A stretch of 64,000 bases of DNA from Octopus vulgaris (taxonomy: Eukaryota), in contig OX597824.1 of NCBI GenBank assembly GCA_951406725.2, positions 496,001 through 560,000 of the forward strand, read 5' to 3'. This document shows positions 40,949 through 54,937 of the stretch, piece by piece. A program made the position numbers and the translations under genes. The notes below the pieces were generated by a model. That model did no database searches. It had not been told where the DNA came from and saw only the letters and a list, made by a program, of their open reading frames with translations. Every line of letters begins with the position of its first letter. Within the stretch, counting starts at the first letter, position 1.

Positions 40949-42035
40949 CCCTTTCGTTACCAAACCGCCCAAAGCCGCCCGAAAAAAATTTTGGTTAATG
41001 AGACCAAACCGCCCAAAGCCACCCGAATTTACCTATTCATATTTAAATGAGAATATCAGAGCAAATCTCTTTAGTACATTCGTGAAAACACGTATTATAC
41101 TTCGTAAAGAGTTCAACTACAGTTTTGAACAATAATCGAAGTGTAATTTTAATTCCGTGAATTTTGGGAGATTTTTTTCCGAAATTTGTTCCTATTGTGT
41201 TTTCAAAATTTGTAATTCTGACAAAAAATGGATACGAATTTCATTATATCAAGCAGTGAGTCAGAATTCGAAGGATTTTCTACTGAAGACCTTCATAAAT
41301 CTAACTCTATGACTGAAAAAAAAAAGCATGTGGCATTTGATAATGAATCTGATGTTTCATTTTCCGAAAGTGAAAACAGTGGATCCGAGAGCTCCGACAG
41401 TGATAAAGAAAATGAATTGGCACCTGAATGGAGTGAAAATTTAAAAACTGTTTCTTTCGGTGATTTTTCTGAAGAAACTGGACCAAGTCACAGACTTTCC
41501 CAGAAGAGTAAAGCCTTAGACTATTTCTTTTTACTTTTTCGAATGAGCCTATTTGAAATCATTACGGCGGAAACGAACCTTTACGCTAAACGTAAACAAA
41601 ACAAAAGAAAGTATAGTTAGTGGTTTCCCATAACCTTAAATGAAATTAAGACTATTTTGCCATAAATATTATTATGGGTATCAGAAAGTTACCCAGAATA
41701 ACAAATTCTATCGTAAAATTTTGTTGTATACCCAATTGAATATTAGCTAATAATCCATTTTCTATAGTGATGTTTGAACAAAATTTTAATAATTTTATAT
41801 TTTGTTGAATTTACCTGTATCTACCTGCAATTAGAGTCACTTTGTGACAAAAATTATAGTTTAGAATTGGTTGAGAACATTTCATTAAATTATCTTCCAA
41901 AATTTACGTTAATATATTGATAAATAAAAAAAGTTATAGTTGTTTAATGAAACCAGACTAAATTTATGATTATGTTAGAAATTAATTGAAACACATAAGG
42001 GGTGTATTTTGGTCAGAAATATAGTAACGAAAGGG
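40949..42035 (+). mobile_element. Non-autonomous piggyBac-like element with 5' transposase remnant
   Basis: 12-bp TIR CCCTTTCGTTAC/GTAACGAAAGGG with TTAA on the right. ORF 41228..41620 resembles the PGBD N-terminus (acidic head, F.E.TGP, LDYF.LLF, ETNLYA); catalytic core absent. Confidence 0.85.
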
Positions 42036-43471
42036 TTAAGTTTGCACATTGCATGCTCATAATTCTTTCTACTCTAGGCACAAAGCCTGCAACACTAGGT
42101 GGGGGGAGGGTCAGTTGAGTCAATTAATGTTAGAACTCAGCTGATACTATTTTATCAAGCCTGAAAGGATATGGGGTGCGGTGGGGGGGGGGGGTAAGAA
42201 AAAAAAAAAAATTCAACCATGGCAAAGAAGTTCAGAACAAAGAAGGACGAGATGCTGTTAAGCATTCTGCCTGGGGTGCAGTTCTGCCAATATACTGGGG
42301 TGCAGTTTCCATTCCATCAGCACCAATGAGGCCACTTGCAACACTATAAATCCTGAGGGTGGTTGTGGCTTTGTTTCAGGAGATGAGGGGGAGGAGGAGA
42401 ATGATCAGGCGGGGGCTGGAAAGAAATGAAATAGTGGTGCTGTGGTGTGTAGTGGCCCCTGAAGGGACAGGATCTAATAGTGTGGGTGGGTGAGGGGAGG
42501 TACACAACAACTGCAGTGATTGGGTATGGTAGAAGGGTGGGTGTAGTGTGTGGAGGATGACCAACGATGCAGGAGAAAACAGGGAAGAGCAGCAGCAGAG
42601 AGAGGCTTAGTGCATGAGGAGAGGGAGAGGCATGGCGGAGGAGAGAAGAGTGTTAATGGATGAACCTGTGAGAAGGTTCCAAGGAGCAAGAAATATTAAA
42701 TGGTACCAAGGAAGATGATGAGGGGAAGGTGGGGATGTGTGTGTGTGTGCAAGGTTATGAATATCCAGGAAACAAAGAATTCCAATGAAGAGTCAAAAGA
42801 TTGCCACTGGATCTCTGCAGACTTCTGGAGCCATGGCAGCATATGTTCCAGGCAGAGTTTTTGGCACACTAAACTAATGCTATTTTCAAACTATATATTT
42901 AATGAATAAATAACAAAATCTATTTTGTAATGTTCATCAGCACGGCAACATGGTTGTTCTGTAGGAACCGAGATATGTATCATCATCATCATCATCGTTT
43001 AACGTCAGCCTTCCATGCTGGCACAGGTGGGACAGTTTGACAAGAGCCTGCACCAGACTTCTGTAACTGTTTTGGCAGGATTCTTTACAGCTGGATGCCC
43101 TTCCTAACACCAACCACTCAGCAGAGTGGACTTAGTGCTTTATCGACTGCAGACTGTATCAAGTAACCAGCTGGAGGAGGCGTCCACCTGGGGTTAAAAT
43201 GGTAGTAACGTGAGTTCCTACAGAATGGCCATGCTGAAGTGGCAATTAATATATAGTTACTACTTTTATCTCTTATCAAGATTTCCTGATCAGCTGCTTT
43301 GCTCGTTGCAAAATCTATTTTAATCAATAAAAATATCTTCTACAATGCAAAATTCTGACTTCTCTCATAAGGCAGCAGGTTCCTTATTTACATTTGATAA
43401 TACATTTTGGATTCTTTGAAGAATCTTTAAAAACAAGCAAAAACAATAAAGAGTGAAATAAGGAAACATAC

Positions 43472-43557
43472 CAACTGTTGAGGGCCCAAGCTCTCACTCT
43501 GGAAAAATCACAGCCATGGGAATCTTTTGGTTGGAGATGTAAATGATCCATAATATA
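43472..43557 (-). CDS. UTP25: UTP25 exon ([28 protein letters not shown])
   Basis: P...HG.DFSRVR.W motif; canonical sites. Confidence 0.95.
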
Positions 43558-43667
43558 CTGTCAAATATAAATAAAATAGATTTACATAATTTTACTGGTT
43601 TTAGTTATGGGTGGTGGCTGAGCTGGAGCATTTCTCCCTCAATAAGTTTTTTTCTGTTCATCAAGTT

Positions 43668-43740
43668 GCCTGCATAGCTCAGTCGGTAGAGCATCAGACT
43701 TTTAATCTGAGGGTCACAGGCTCATGTCCCTCAACAGGCG
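43668..43740 (+). pseudogene. tRNA-Lys(TTT) pseudogene in a UTP25 intron
   Basis: 73 nt. D arm and anticodon arm (TCAGA CTTTTAA TCTGA) match canonical tRNA-Lys-TTT; T arm/B box (GGCTCATGTCC) and acceptor stem carry mismatches. Confidence 0.85.
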
Positions 43741-46454
43741 TATATTCATTTTCCCCCTGAACTGGTGACACATAAAAGACACCCACTAAACTCTTGGAGT
43801 GATTGGTGTTAGAAAGGACATCCAGCCACAGAAACCAAGCCAAAATCAGACTGGAGCTTGGTGCAGCTTTCCAGTTCCAGTGAAACCATCCAACCCATGC
43901 CAGCATGGAAAGCAGACACTAAATGATGATGATGAGCATCAACCCCGTTCCTTATTTGTTTGGTATTTTCACTTTTTCTTTTGAATGTCTAAATCACAAA
44001 GTGATTCAATCTAATGCTCTCTCTCTCAAACACACACACACAGAGGCATAGCTGTACAGTTAAGAAGTTAGTTTCCAAGCTGCATACTTTCAGGCTTGGT
44101 GCCGTTTCATGGCATCTAGAGCAAGAGACTTCTATTATAGCTTCAGGCTGACCAAATCCTTGAGAGTGGATTAGGTAGACAGAAACTGAAGGAAGTCTGT
44201 CGAGTGTATATGTCATGACTCTTAATCCCCATCATCTTAATGTCCAGTTTTCTACGCCTGCAGGGGTCAGATGAGATTTATTGGGGCACTCTTCCTACAG
44301 CCAGATGCCTTTCCTATTGTCAACCCATACCTGTTTCCAAGCAAGGTAATATTTTCCTATGGTTTTTGCAGAATACTGGAAATGAATGACATTTACAGTA
44401 TTAATGTCAAGACATGGAGGCACAAACACACACACAAAATGGGCATCTTTCAGTTTCTGTCCACAAAACCCGCTCATAGCACTTTGGTCAGACCTAGGGT
44501 ATAGAAGACACTTGCCCAAGGTTCCACTCAATGGAACTGAACCTGGAATCAAGCCTCTTACTACACAGCCACAACCGTGCCTTTCGTGTTGTTTAATAGA
44601 CTGGGAGATTACCACATCATCATCATCATCATCGTTTAACGTCTACTTTCCATGCTGGCATGGGTTAGACTGTTTGACCGAGGACTGGCGAACCAGATGG
44701 CTGCACCACGCTCCAATCTTGATCTGGCAGAGTTTCTACAGCTGGATGCCCTTCCTAATGCCAACCACTCCAAGAGTGTAGTGGGGGATTTTTACGTGCC
44801 AGTCAGGTGGTACTGGCAACGACCTTGCTTGAATCTTTTACACATGCCATCGGCACACCTTCCTTGAAAACAGGTGACGGGTGGGGTTATCAGGAAGGGC
44901 ATCCAACTGTAAGAGATTCCGTCAATGGTAATTGTTCAATCAATGTTGGTGATGATCATGAGATGAACTCAGAGCATGAAGACTTCAATGCCAGTAACTC
45001 CACCCCAAACCCTACCTCACCGTGGATATGAACCTACAATCCACACACTAACAGTCTAGATTGTTATTCACTCACCTCAAATTACTTGACTAGATTTGAT
45101 TCTAATTAGTAAACAGATCTAAAGAATTTCATTTCCTAACCATGCAATTTCAGGCTCAGTCCCACTGTGCAACACCCCAGGCAAATGTCTCCTACTGCAA
45201 CCCTGGGCCAAACAAAACCTTGTGAGTAGATTTTTTAGATAGAAACTGAAAGAAGCCTTTTGTGTGTAAATGCGTGTACCTCCTTGTCCTGACATTGCAT
45301 GATAGTTGTAAATGTATGTCAATGTCATTCATTTCCAATCTTCATAGGGAAATTATTAGCTTGCTTGGAATCAAGTGAGGGTTAATGACAGGAAAGGCAT
45401 CTGGCAGTACGAAATTCGCTTCAATGGATTTTGCCTGCTCTACGCAACTGGATGTTAAAAACAATAATCAGATCTCCGTAAGCCACTTTTTTAACAAAGA
45501 GTACCCAGTAGTTTGTTCATCTGATCTACTTGCTCATTGCAGTGAGATCTTAGTGGCTGAGTATTCCCGACATACTCTTGGGCAGAATCAACATGACACA
45601 GTGACAAGGCTGGACATTTAAAATACATGTACAATCCATCCAACAATTTCCATCTCCTCTAATTTCACCAAATGAGGTGCGGATCAACCTGGGTCAATGA
45701 GAAATGACACTTACCCAAGATGCCACGCATTGAGATTGAACTCTGTACCTTGTGATCGATAAGTGAAAGCAAACCTCTTGCCAATTTGGCCACAGTGTGT
45801 TGAGGTACAGCACCTACATCAGAGGCAGACTGTAAAAGGGAGAGTAAATCACCTCTTCACCTGCAGACTAGGGTGGTACCATGGGCAGGGGATAGCAGCC
45901 CCTTAGTCTCTTGTACCAGGGATATGAAGACGTCGGAACTGACAAGGCAGAGGAACCCTAGACGAAAGGGTTAAAAGATTATAGCAGCCAAGTCTAAGAT
46001 CGTTACCAACAGAAATGATTAGGCATCAACTAACAAACACGCTGCTTCTGCAGGGTAGCCTTATTGTTGACCATGCTTGTTACACTCTTGTACACCACTT
46101 GGTATTTGGTTTTGAGGCCTAGAGAAGTACTTTGGTGGTGGGGGATGACACCAACTGTCTTACTGTCCAAGGAGTTTTGTTGCTGACCAGAACAATCAAC
46201 ATTGGCCTGTGATGAACAGCCACCGCTGCCAATGTCTGGGCGATAGACCAGGAATGCCATCAGTTTATGCCTGTATTCCAAACAGACATGGGTTGGATGG
46301 TTTGAAAGGATCCGACAACCCAGAGGTCTCCAGTGCCTGCTTTGGAAAGGTTTCTACAGCTAGATGACCTTCCTAATGCTGACCACTTCACAGACTGGAC
46401 TGGATGCTGGAGTTCAAAAAAGATAAAATGAAATCAATATAAAAAACATCTTAC

Positions 46455-46551
46455 CAATATATGTTCCCAGTTTTGCATCAGGAATATCTCAGTTTGGTCA
46501 AGGATTAAGATTTCAATAGATGAGAGAAAATCAAATTCTTTCTTTGATTGG
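46455..46551 (-). CDS. UTP25: UTP25 exon ([32 protein letters not shown])
   Basis: DFLSSIE...MQNWEH hallmark motif. Confidence 0.96.
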
Positions 46552-48898
46552 CTGCAAAGAGTAAAAAAAGAAAAAAGAAAAATCACAAATAATAAAAGCA
46601 AAATCCTATTCGAAAACAGAATTTTTTGGTTTTCATTTCTTACAAATCACAGTTCTAGATTTCAAAGAAACTTCTGAAGGACAGAATCACAATCGAAGAA
46701 TGAGGCATATTGCATTAGGCAAGGTATCAGGATATGTGCCAGTTTGATGGGGGGGGGCGGGTATGTGTGCAGATGAGGGCCCAGTGGCCTAGTAGTTAGT
46801 GGGGTGCACTCACAATTGCAAGATCAGGAGTTCCATTCCCAGAATGTGTTCTTGAGCAGAACCTTTCAGCTCATGTTGCTCGGCAATCACTTCAACATGT
46901 GATGTGTGGCACATGGGGCACCTCTACATGTTATGTCGATTTGAGAGAGGCAGGGAGCTTAGGTGCAGCAAAAACATTTGCTCACTATAAGCAAATCACT
47001 TGTGCAGGTTACTCAGCAAGATGTTGCAGAATCCTTTTCCTCAGGCACAAAAGTATGTAAATACATTAATTTGGAATAAATGAAAGAGATTCTAATGGCT
47101 AATGAAGGACAAGGAAACCTGAAATTTTAAAATTGGGAAATAAGTACAAGTCCAGGGAGATTGATTATGTTTTAGTTCTTAGTTATGAAAGGAGGCAATG
47201 CCCATGACCCTTTAAAGGGCCTCTGAAATGGGTGAGATCTTTTAGTGAAGGGGGAACAGCAGTGTCCTGGACTTTGTATAGAACCTCTGAGACTGATGGT
47301 AGGGGGGAAGTTAATTCCAAGCTGAAGGCCCAGCCAAAATGCTTGCAATAAAGTAGGATGTGTTAAAGTCACCCAAGGTATTGGGTGGGCGTGCTAAACT
47401 GGGTAAAGGGTTAAAGCTATCATCCATGATGGGACTTGATCACAGAGTATAAAGAGCTGGAATGAACACAGTAAGGGGTTTTTGATTGAACTTCCTTACA
47501 CTTCTGCCAATCCACTGCTCTGCATTTTCACCAACCTCGAATGAATAAAAAGCAAAGCAGACTTCAGAGAGATTTCGATTCAGAACAAATATCTGAGTCA
47601 CTCTACCAAACTCTGCCAATCTGCAGCCTTAATGTTAGTCTGCTACTTTTAGAACATGGAACAGGATACCTTGTGCTATGTATTCCAGCTCTCTGCATTC
47701 TGAGGGGAAATGCCAGTGATGATAGTGGTGCCATTTTATGGGGAGATCTGTTTGCATGGGCAACTGTTGCAGTGCAAAAATTCTTTATCCAGGTTTGTAT
47801 CTTGGGGGAGGAACTATCCTGGTGGAGATACCCAACAGATAACAAAGTTCTTCTACTGCATGTCACCTTAAGTAAGTGATTAAAATCTAGTGAGTGTGGC
47901 AGATGAAAGCTTGGGTAGAAGCTTGTCAAATCTGTATACATCATCCTTATTTTAAGGTCCACTTTTCCATACTTGGAGGGGTCAGACAGAATTTATTAAG
48001 GCAGATCTTGTGGCTGGATTCCCTGCCTCTCACCTGTTTCCAAACTAAGAAAACATCTCCCCATGGCCAGACATCTTTCTCACAGAAGATCAGAAATAAA
48101 CTTGTATTATGCTAATGCTTGTAAAGTAGTTGGCATCAGGAAGGGCATCCAGCCATAAAAACCAGGAAAAAACAGACAGTAAAGCCGGGTGCAGTCCTCT
48201 GGATTGCTAAACACCTGTCAAACCGTCCAAGCCATGCCAGCATGGAAGATGGACGTTAAATTATGATGATGTTAACACAAGGGTACACATACACACACAA
48301 TGACTTTCCTTCAGTCTTTGTCTATGAAATTCAATAACAAAGCCTCGTCTGACCAAGTGGCTACAGCCCTTGGCCAAAGTTCTGTGCATATATTTGCATG
48401 TATTTTTTTGCAAAATATTAACCACTGACTTCATTTACTATTTCTTCATTCGGATATTCCATGTGAAACTATATTATATAATATGGCGAGCTGACAGAAA
48501 CATTAGCACCCTGGGCGAAATGCTTAGTGGTATTTCGTCTGTCTTTACGTTCTGAGTTCAAATTCCACCAAGGTTGACTTTGATTTTCATCCTTTCAGAG
48601 ATGATAAATTAAGTAAGTACCAGTTGCGTACTGATGTCGATCTAATCGACTGACCTCTCCCACCAAATTTCAGGCCTGGTGCCTAGAGTAGAAAAGTATA
48701 TTATACAATGTGTCCTTCCTGTTGAGGGAGATTTAACTGCTGTTTCTAGGAAGTCAAGTGACCACACAGAAGAGCCTTCATCAAACACATTTCAGCTGGG
48801 ACTATACAATTTACTTCAGTACTAAATTTCTTTATGGTCCATTTTCAGACTGCTACCCAAAATATTACAAACCACTTAAAGTCAAAGAAGTATTTTCA

Positions 48899-49133
48899 CC
48901 CTTCAGCATTTAGATTACTCTCAAATGCAATATTTTATTTACAACCCATGCTAGCATGGAAAACGGATGCTAAATGATGATGATTGTTTTAGAATAATCC
49001 TGCATTCTCTTGTAGCTTTGAGATTTTGATGATGTGATTGTAGGGTAGGTGTGAGAGGCTGGATCTGGCTGGGTTGGACATAAAACAGGTTGACTATTTG
49101 GACCAGTTATGGTTCAGTTTAAATGCTAAGGGG
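48899..49133. mobile_element. piggyBac-type MITE
   Basis: Ends CCCTTCAGCATT...AATGCTAAGGGG with degenerate TTAA flanks; related copies at 55260-55427 and ~27370-27540. Confidence 0.55.
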
Positions 49134-49209
49134 TTGATATACAGCAAGTCTTTATGGTGTAACAATTTCTGAAAGAAAAACCCTGTATAAGAATGAACAA
49201 AATACATAC

Positions 49210-49363
49210 GTTTCACCGATGACACTGCGCAGACCGAGAGGGGAACCAATGATAATATCAGAGGAGTAGAATTTGGTGTAAATCTGCAGTTTTTTTTGAG
49301 ATATGCCTAAACCAATTTTGAAATGATCATCAATATTTCCTGCAAATGTTGCCACATAATCTT
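49210..49363 (-). CDS. UTP25: UTP25 exon ([19 protein letters not shown]...[15 protein letters not shown])
   Basis: GNxDDxF and FYSSDIIxxSPLGLR motifs. Confidence 0.96.
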
Positions 49364-49938
49364 CTGAAAAAACAAAACCTCAAATATATTATGTAAGGCT
49401 AAGGCATAGCCATGCGGGTAAGAAGCTTACTTTGCAATCATGAGGTTTTAGGGTTCGATCCTGTTGCACAGCACCAGGCTGTGAAGATTCTCTTGTGAGT
49501 AAATTTGGTAGATGGACTGTGTGTGCATGTCCCCTCATACCACTCACCAGCCAGTGTTAGTTTGTTTGCATCCATGTCAATTGTTTAGCTAAAGTAAGTA
49601 GTGGGGTCTATTTGTCAAACTAAACCCTTTGAGACGGTGCCCAAGCATGGGCACAGACTGAGACGAGTAAGAGATAAAAGATATAATAAAAAAAACTGTA
49701 CATGCTGGCATCATAATAAAGGAATGACACACTGAATAATATAGACATTCTTAACAAGATAAGATGGTCACAGCTGGAATGTCTTTGACGACAGCTCTGC
49801 TTAGCTGAGGCTGAACTGGGGGCTAAACAACAAACACTTTCTTTATAAAGAGAATCTTAACAGATACTGAACAATAAGGAAACCTTTATCTCAAAGCAGC
49901 AGAAAACAATAATGGTAAAAGGATAATGGAACACTGAC

Positions 49939-50014
49939 CTGGTTTATTAGAAAAGTTATTAACATCTTGTGAAGAATATTCGGAAAAAAATCTCTTTTTA
50001 TTGTCCGTTTGTGA
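49939..50014 (-). CDS. UTP25: UTP25 exon (SQTDNKKRFFSEYSSQDVNNFSNKP)
   Basis: NKKRFxxE motif; ttttcag/gtcagt; phase 0 in, 1 out. Confidence 0.88.
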
Positions 50015-51589
50015 CTGAAAAGGAGAAGAGAGATAACTTTAATCAACAGCTTTTGGATTTTCGCTTTTGCTTTTGTGGCTGTGTGGTTGAGAACCTTGTT
50101 TTCCAGCCATGAGGTCCCAGGTTCAGTCTTACTGACCAAAGCCTTTTGAGTGGATTTGGTAGATGGAAACTGAAAGCCTGCAACATGTGTGTGTCATCAT
50201 CATCATCATCGTTTAACGTCCGTTTTCCGCGCTAGCATGGGTTAGACCGGGGTCTGGGAAGCCAGGGGCTGCACCAGGCTCCAGTCTGATCAGGCAGTGT
50301 TTCTACAGCTGGATGCCCTTCCTAACACCAACCACTCCCAAGTGTAGTGGGTGCTTTTTACGTGCCAGGGGAGTCTGGCAGCGGCCACGATCGGTTGGTG
50401 CTTTTAACGTGCTACCGGCACGGAAGCCAGTCAAGGCGGTGCTGGTATCGGCCACGTTCGGATGGTGCTTTTTATGTGCCACCGGCACAGGTATCACAAC
50501 TACTATTTCCATTGATATTTATTTCGATGTTCATGTACTTGACTCAATAGGTATCCTCAAGCACAGTGGGATGTTCTGGAATCCAAGGTACTTTGAATGG
50601 GCAGGGGCTATGCGGAACTGGTGCAGGAAGCAGCCCGTGTATGAACAGGTGACATTAAATGATGGATGTAAACAAGCATCACCATCACACATGTGAAAAC
50701 AATTCCAAATCTGGGGAAACTTTGTGTTGCTTGGAAACAGGAAGAGCAGCATCTGGCTGTAAAGAACTCTGCTTGACCAATGCAAACAGGGAAAAGTGGA
50801 CATTAAACGAAGAGGATTCAGAAGATTTGGGAGTGAGTGGGGATTAAACAACCAAGGGATTCAGGAGCCATAGGGTCAACTCCACCGCAGATGTTTTGCT
50901 TTCTAAACAGAGCAGAAAACATAATTTTGTACAGGTTTAGGTAATCTGAAAATAAGGAAGAGAATCTTGAGGAATTCTGTTCTGGGTTTGTTTCTGCTGT
51001 GTCACAATTCTTCCTCAATCTTCTTTTATCCGCTTAGGCCAATCTGTGTGGTTTGAAGCAAGAGTGACTGGCACCTAGGGGTTTCCTCTCAGAGACTTTG
51101 CCGCCACCCCAGTACCTTCCGTTTTGTCACAGTGACCAGTGGATATTTTACCGTATTGTTTCAGGCAGTTGGTGATCCAATAAGTTATTGGAACTGAAGA
51201 CCCTGCCCAGAACACCAGTCTCATTAATAGCATGAGTTTCGTATTGACGGCATCTATTCACACCCGGATTTCTCTGTTGGTAAAGAACTTATCATTCCAC
51301 TGACTGTTGAGAATGGCACGGGGGCAAAATGCTGGCAGAAGTGTTCAATAAGATTTAAGTGGTAACAGTGGGTAACCCTAACCCTAAGTCCTGCACAGGA
51401 GAGGGATTTTGTATAACCTGCCAAATGTACATATCATCATCATTAACACCCGCTTTCCATGCTAGCATGGGTTGGACTGTTTAACCGAGAACTGCACCAG
51501 GCTCCAATCTAATCTGACAAAGTTTCTACAGCTGGATGCCCTTCCTAATGCCAACCACTCCGAGAGTGTAGTGGGTCTTTTTACATGTC

Positions 51590-51910
51590 ACCAGCACGAG
51601 GGCAGGTCAGGCAGTACTAGCACTGACCATGCTTGAATGGTGCTTTTTACGTACCAACAGCTTGGGACCCAACCAGGTGGCACTGGCAACGACCACACTT
51701 GAGTGGTGTTTTTTACGTACCACTGGCATGGGGCCAGTCAGCCAGCCAGCACTAGTATCGACCATGCTCAGATGGTGCTTTTTGCGTGCCACCAGCATGG
51801 GAGCCAGTCAGGTGGCACTGGCAACGATTATGCTCAAATGGTGCCTTTTATGTGCCACCGGCACGGAACCAATCAGGCAGCACTGGCATCAACCACGCCC
51901 GAATGGTGCT
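51590..51910. repeat. Degenerate ~64-bp tandem repeat (~5 units) attached to an RTE-tail repeat
   Basis: Repeated GATGGTGCTTTTTACGTGCCACC.GCACGGGAGCCAGTCAGG..GCACTGGCAACGACCA unit; 2-3 units also at ~50340-50490. Confidence 0.75.
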
Positions 51911-52331
51911 TATGCTATGCAAAGGAAGCCCCTTACAATAGTTGTTCTGTCCTGAGACGTGGCAACATCAAAGAAGTCCAGGAGGGCCCTTTAGTTTTGC
52001 CAAAGACATGACAAGCTTATAAAAAAAAAAAAAGCAAGAGCATGATGAACCCCATCACCAAATGCCTGGGCAGAACTCAAAGCATGCCAGCATCAAAAAC
52101 ACAGGTAAAATGAAAATGATGAAGGTCGTCCAGCTGTAGAAACACTGCCAGATCAGATTGGGGCCTGGTGCAGCATCCTGGCTTCCCAGACCCCAGTCAA
52201 ACTATCCAACCCATGCCAGCATGGAAAACGGACGTTAAACGTTGACGTAACAATGAAATTGATTTTTAAAGCTTTAAAAAGACAAAAACAAGTCATGATC
52301 CCAAATGCTGACCAAAAAACAGGGAACTTAC

Positions 52332-52509
52332 TTTGTCACTTGTTAAGATTTTGATGAAGTTTGATACAATTCGGCGAGCTGTCTCACGAAACGGAACAAT
52401 AATCAATACTTTGGGCCGAGTTATTCCTTGGTCAGGGTATTCCTCTGTTCCATCCCGACATGCAGCAGCTTTTTGTTTTAAATTATTAGCTGTTACTTTT
52501 AGCCGACTC
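52332..52509 (-). CDS. UTP25: UTP25 exon (SRLKVTANN...DQGITRPKVLIIVPFRE)
   Basis: DQGxTRPKVLIxxPFR hallmark motif. Confidence 0.96.
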
Positions 52510-54174
52510 CTATCAGGGAATGAAATTAATAATAATAATAATAATAATGAAGATGACAAGAATGATGAATTAATTTGACATAATACAAGACTTGGGGTAC
52601 TTTTGATAGCAAACTTCACATGCATAGGGGTAGTCAGAGATCCCCTTCAGTCATGAATGACCATGGGATTGCACCTAGAAAGTTACCCTCCGAGGCACAA
52701 GTCCGAGCAAGGTTGTTTATGGAAGACCAGCAGTCACCCATGCATACCAGCCTCCCATCTCCACACCACTGATGCTACCCAAGAGAAAGGCAAAGGGGCC
52801 GATACAACTTGGCATCAGTGATGTTGCAACTCATTTCTACAGCTGAGTGAACTGGAGCAACGTGAAATAAAGTGTCTTGCTCAAGAACACAACACGCAGA
52901 CACTGAGCCATGCGCCTTCACACAGAGGTAGTAAATACTAAGATATGACGTAAAACTGATCCACTCAAATGTCTAGAAGGCTCCCTCGAAGTAATCGATA
53001 GATTTTGTTACATAGGTCACCTAATTAGATGTGTGGATGTGGATGTGTTCAGAAAGTATTTTAGCACCAGAATGGGCTGGAAAACGTTTAGAGAGCTTAT
53101 TTCTTCTGCCAGTAATAAACGGTTTCTCTCTGAATGAAAGGTAGAATGTATGAAGGCTGTTTAACAAACTGCGATGTTCTATTGGAGGCTCATGAAGACT
53201 GTTGACAAGTGAAGCAAGCAGGCCCTGTTGGATGGGTAATGCTAACACAAGTCATCACCATCATCATTGTTTAATGTGTGGCTTCCATGTTGGCATGGGA
53301 TGCATGGTTCCATGTTACCATGGGATGCAGGTTTACCAGGATCTGACAAACCAGAGAACTGCATCATGCTCCAATGTCTGCTTTAGCATGGTTTCCATTC
53401 CTAACACCAACCATTTTACAGAATGTACTGAGGGGGCATTTTACATAGCACCAGCAGGGCCATCAAGTAACTCTCGAGACAAAGACCTTTCAGGGTGGGG
53501 GGGAGGTGCAGTATTGAGGGAAGTGGCTTCACCAGGTGTTGAGAGATACACGAAATACATATATATATATATGTATGTGGCTGTGCGGTATGTAGCTTGC
53601 TCACTAACCACATGGTTCTGGGTTCAGTCCCACTGTGTGGCACCTTGGATGTCTTCTACAATAGCCTCAGACCAACCAAAGCCTTGTGAGCGGATTTGGC
53701 AGATGGAAACTGAAAGAAGCCTGTCATATATATACACGTGATCCTTTCAGTTGAAGAGCAAAGGCTTGAAAAATAAAAGACTTTCTCACATTCCCGAGCA
53801 TTAAACTAATACACCTGTCTTCGCCTTCTGTTTCATTCTGTAAATTTCAATTATATATATATATATATATCTCATCATCATCATCATCATATTATATATA
53901 CATATATATGTATATGTATGTGTGTGTGTTTGTCCCCATCATCATCGCCTGACAACCGATGTTAGTGTGCTTATGTCCCCGTCATTTAGCAGTTCGGCAA
54001 AAGAGACTGACAAAATAAGTTCTAGGCTTACAAAGAAGAAGTCCTGGAGTTGATTTGTTTGACAAAAGGCAGTGCTCCAGTCTGGCCACAGTCAAATGAC
54101 AAACACATAAAAGAATATACATTAATTTCTAGACACTGATGTATAGAATGAAAGATTTTGTATTAAATACTTAC

Positions 54175-54260
54175 TTCAAAGTATGGTTCAAAACATGAAG
54201 ACAGTAGGCCATTTCAATAGGTTTTTGGTTTTTATAAGTTTTCTCTGAGTAATAAATATC
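54175..54260 (-). CDS. UTP25: UTP25 exon (DIYYSEKT...AYCLHVLNHTL)
   Basis: YCLHxLNH motif; canonical sites. Confidence 0.92.
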
Positions 54261-54899
54261 CTAAGAAAAAGAAATTAGAAAAACGAGTTAACGTTCTGAA
54301 AATATAAACATAACGAAGAACAAATAAGAAAAAAGCCAGGGAGGGGAAATTTTATGAGGTCACAGTCTGCCAAAAAGACAAAACAAAAACATCTATTAAA
54401 TCTCTATTGTAATTAAAAAATGAAGGACACACATTGGCTAACGTAGTCTTACAGGATTGGTCGAGAATGCAAACCAATAAAACGTACTAATTAAGGACAT
54501 AGTGCTGCCACTACATAGAACCGTAAACTGTGCCAATGAGAGCACCAGCAGGTCTTCATTCAAGCTGCTAGAAATAACAGCCAAAACCTAAAGGGTATCT
54601 TCATTCCATTTGTTTTTAAAAAAGCAGAAGTTAGAAACTGATTTATTGGTTTGGAAATGTCAACAAATACCATTGTCTGAAGCACAGAATGTAAACAAAT
54701 ACACACAACAGGCTTTGTACAGTTTCCAACCACCAAATTCCTTCTCAAAGTATTGGTTCTCGTGAGACTATAAAAGAAAATGCTAGCTCAAGGTGTCGAG
54801 CATTGGAGACTAAACTTGAAATCAGAGAGTTGCACAGCCATGCTTGTATCTATCTATCTATCTATCTATATGTATATCTATATGTATATCTTTATGCAT

Positions 54900-54937
<38 letters not shown>

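Noticed and set aside
41228-41620. Possible domesticated PGBD gene
   Set aside because: Bounded by TIRs, truncated before the catalytic domain, with a frameshifted continuation.
42932-42995. Possible C/D snoRNA in a UTP25 intron (TGATGA...CTGA on minus)
   Set aside because: The C box comes from the (CAT)n tail of a repeat; no recognised rRNA guide or convincing terminal stem.
51373-51387. Telomere-like TAACCC repeat
   Set aside because: Only 2.5 units; not distinguishable from chance.
53741-53781. Hammerhead-like remnant (TTGAAGAGC...GCTTGAAAAATA)
   Set aside because: Both core halves are mutated; cannot be supported from this copy.
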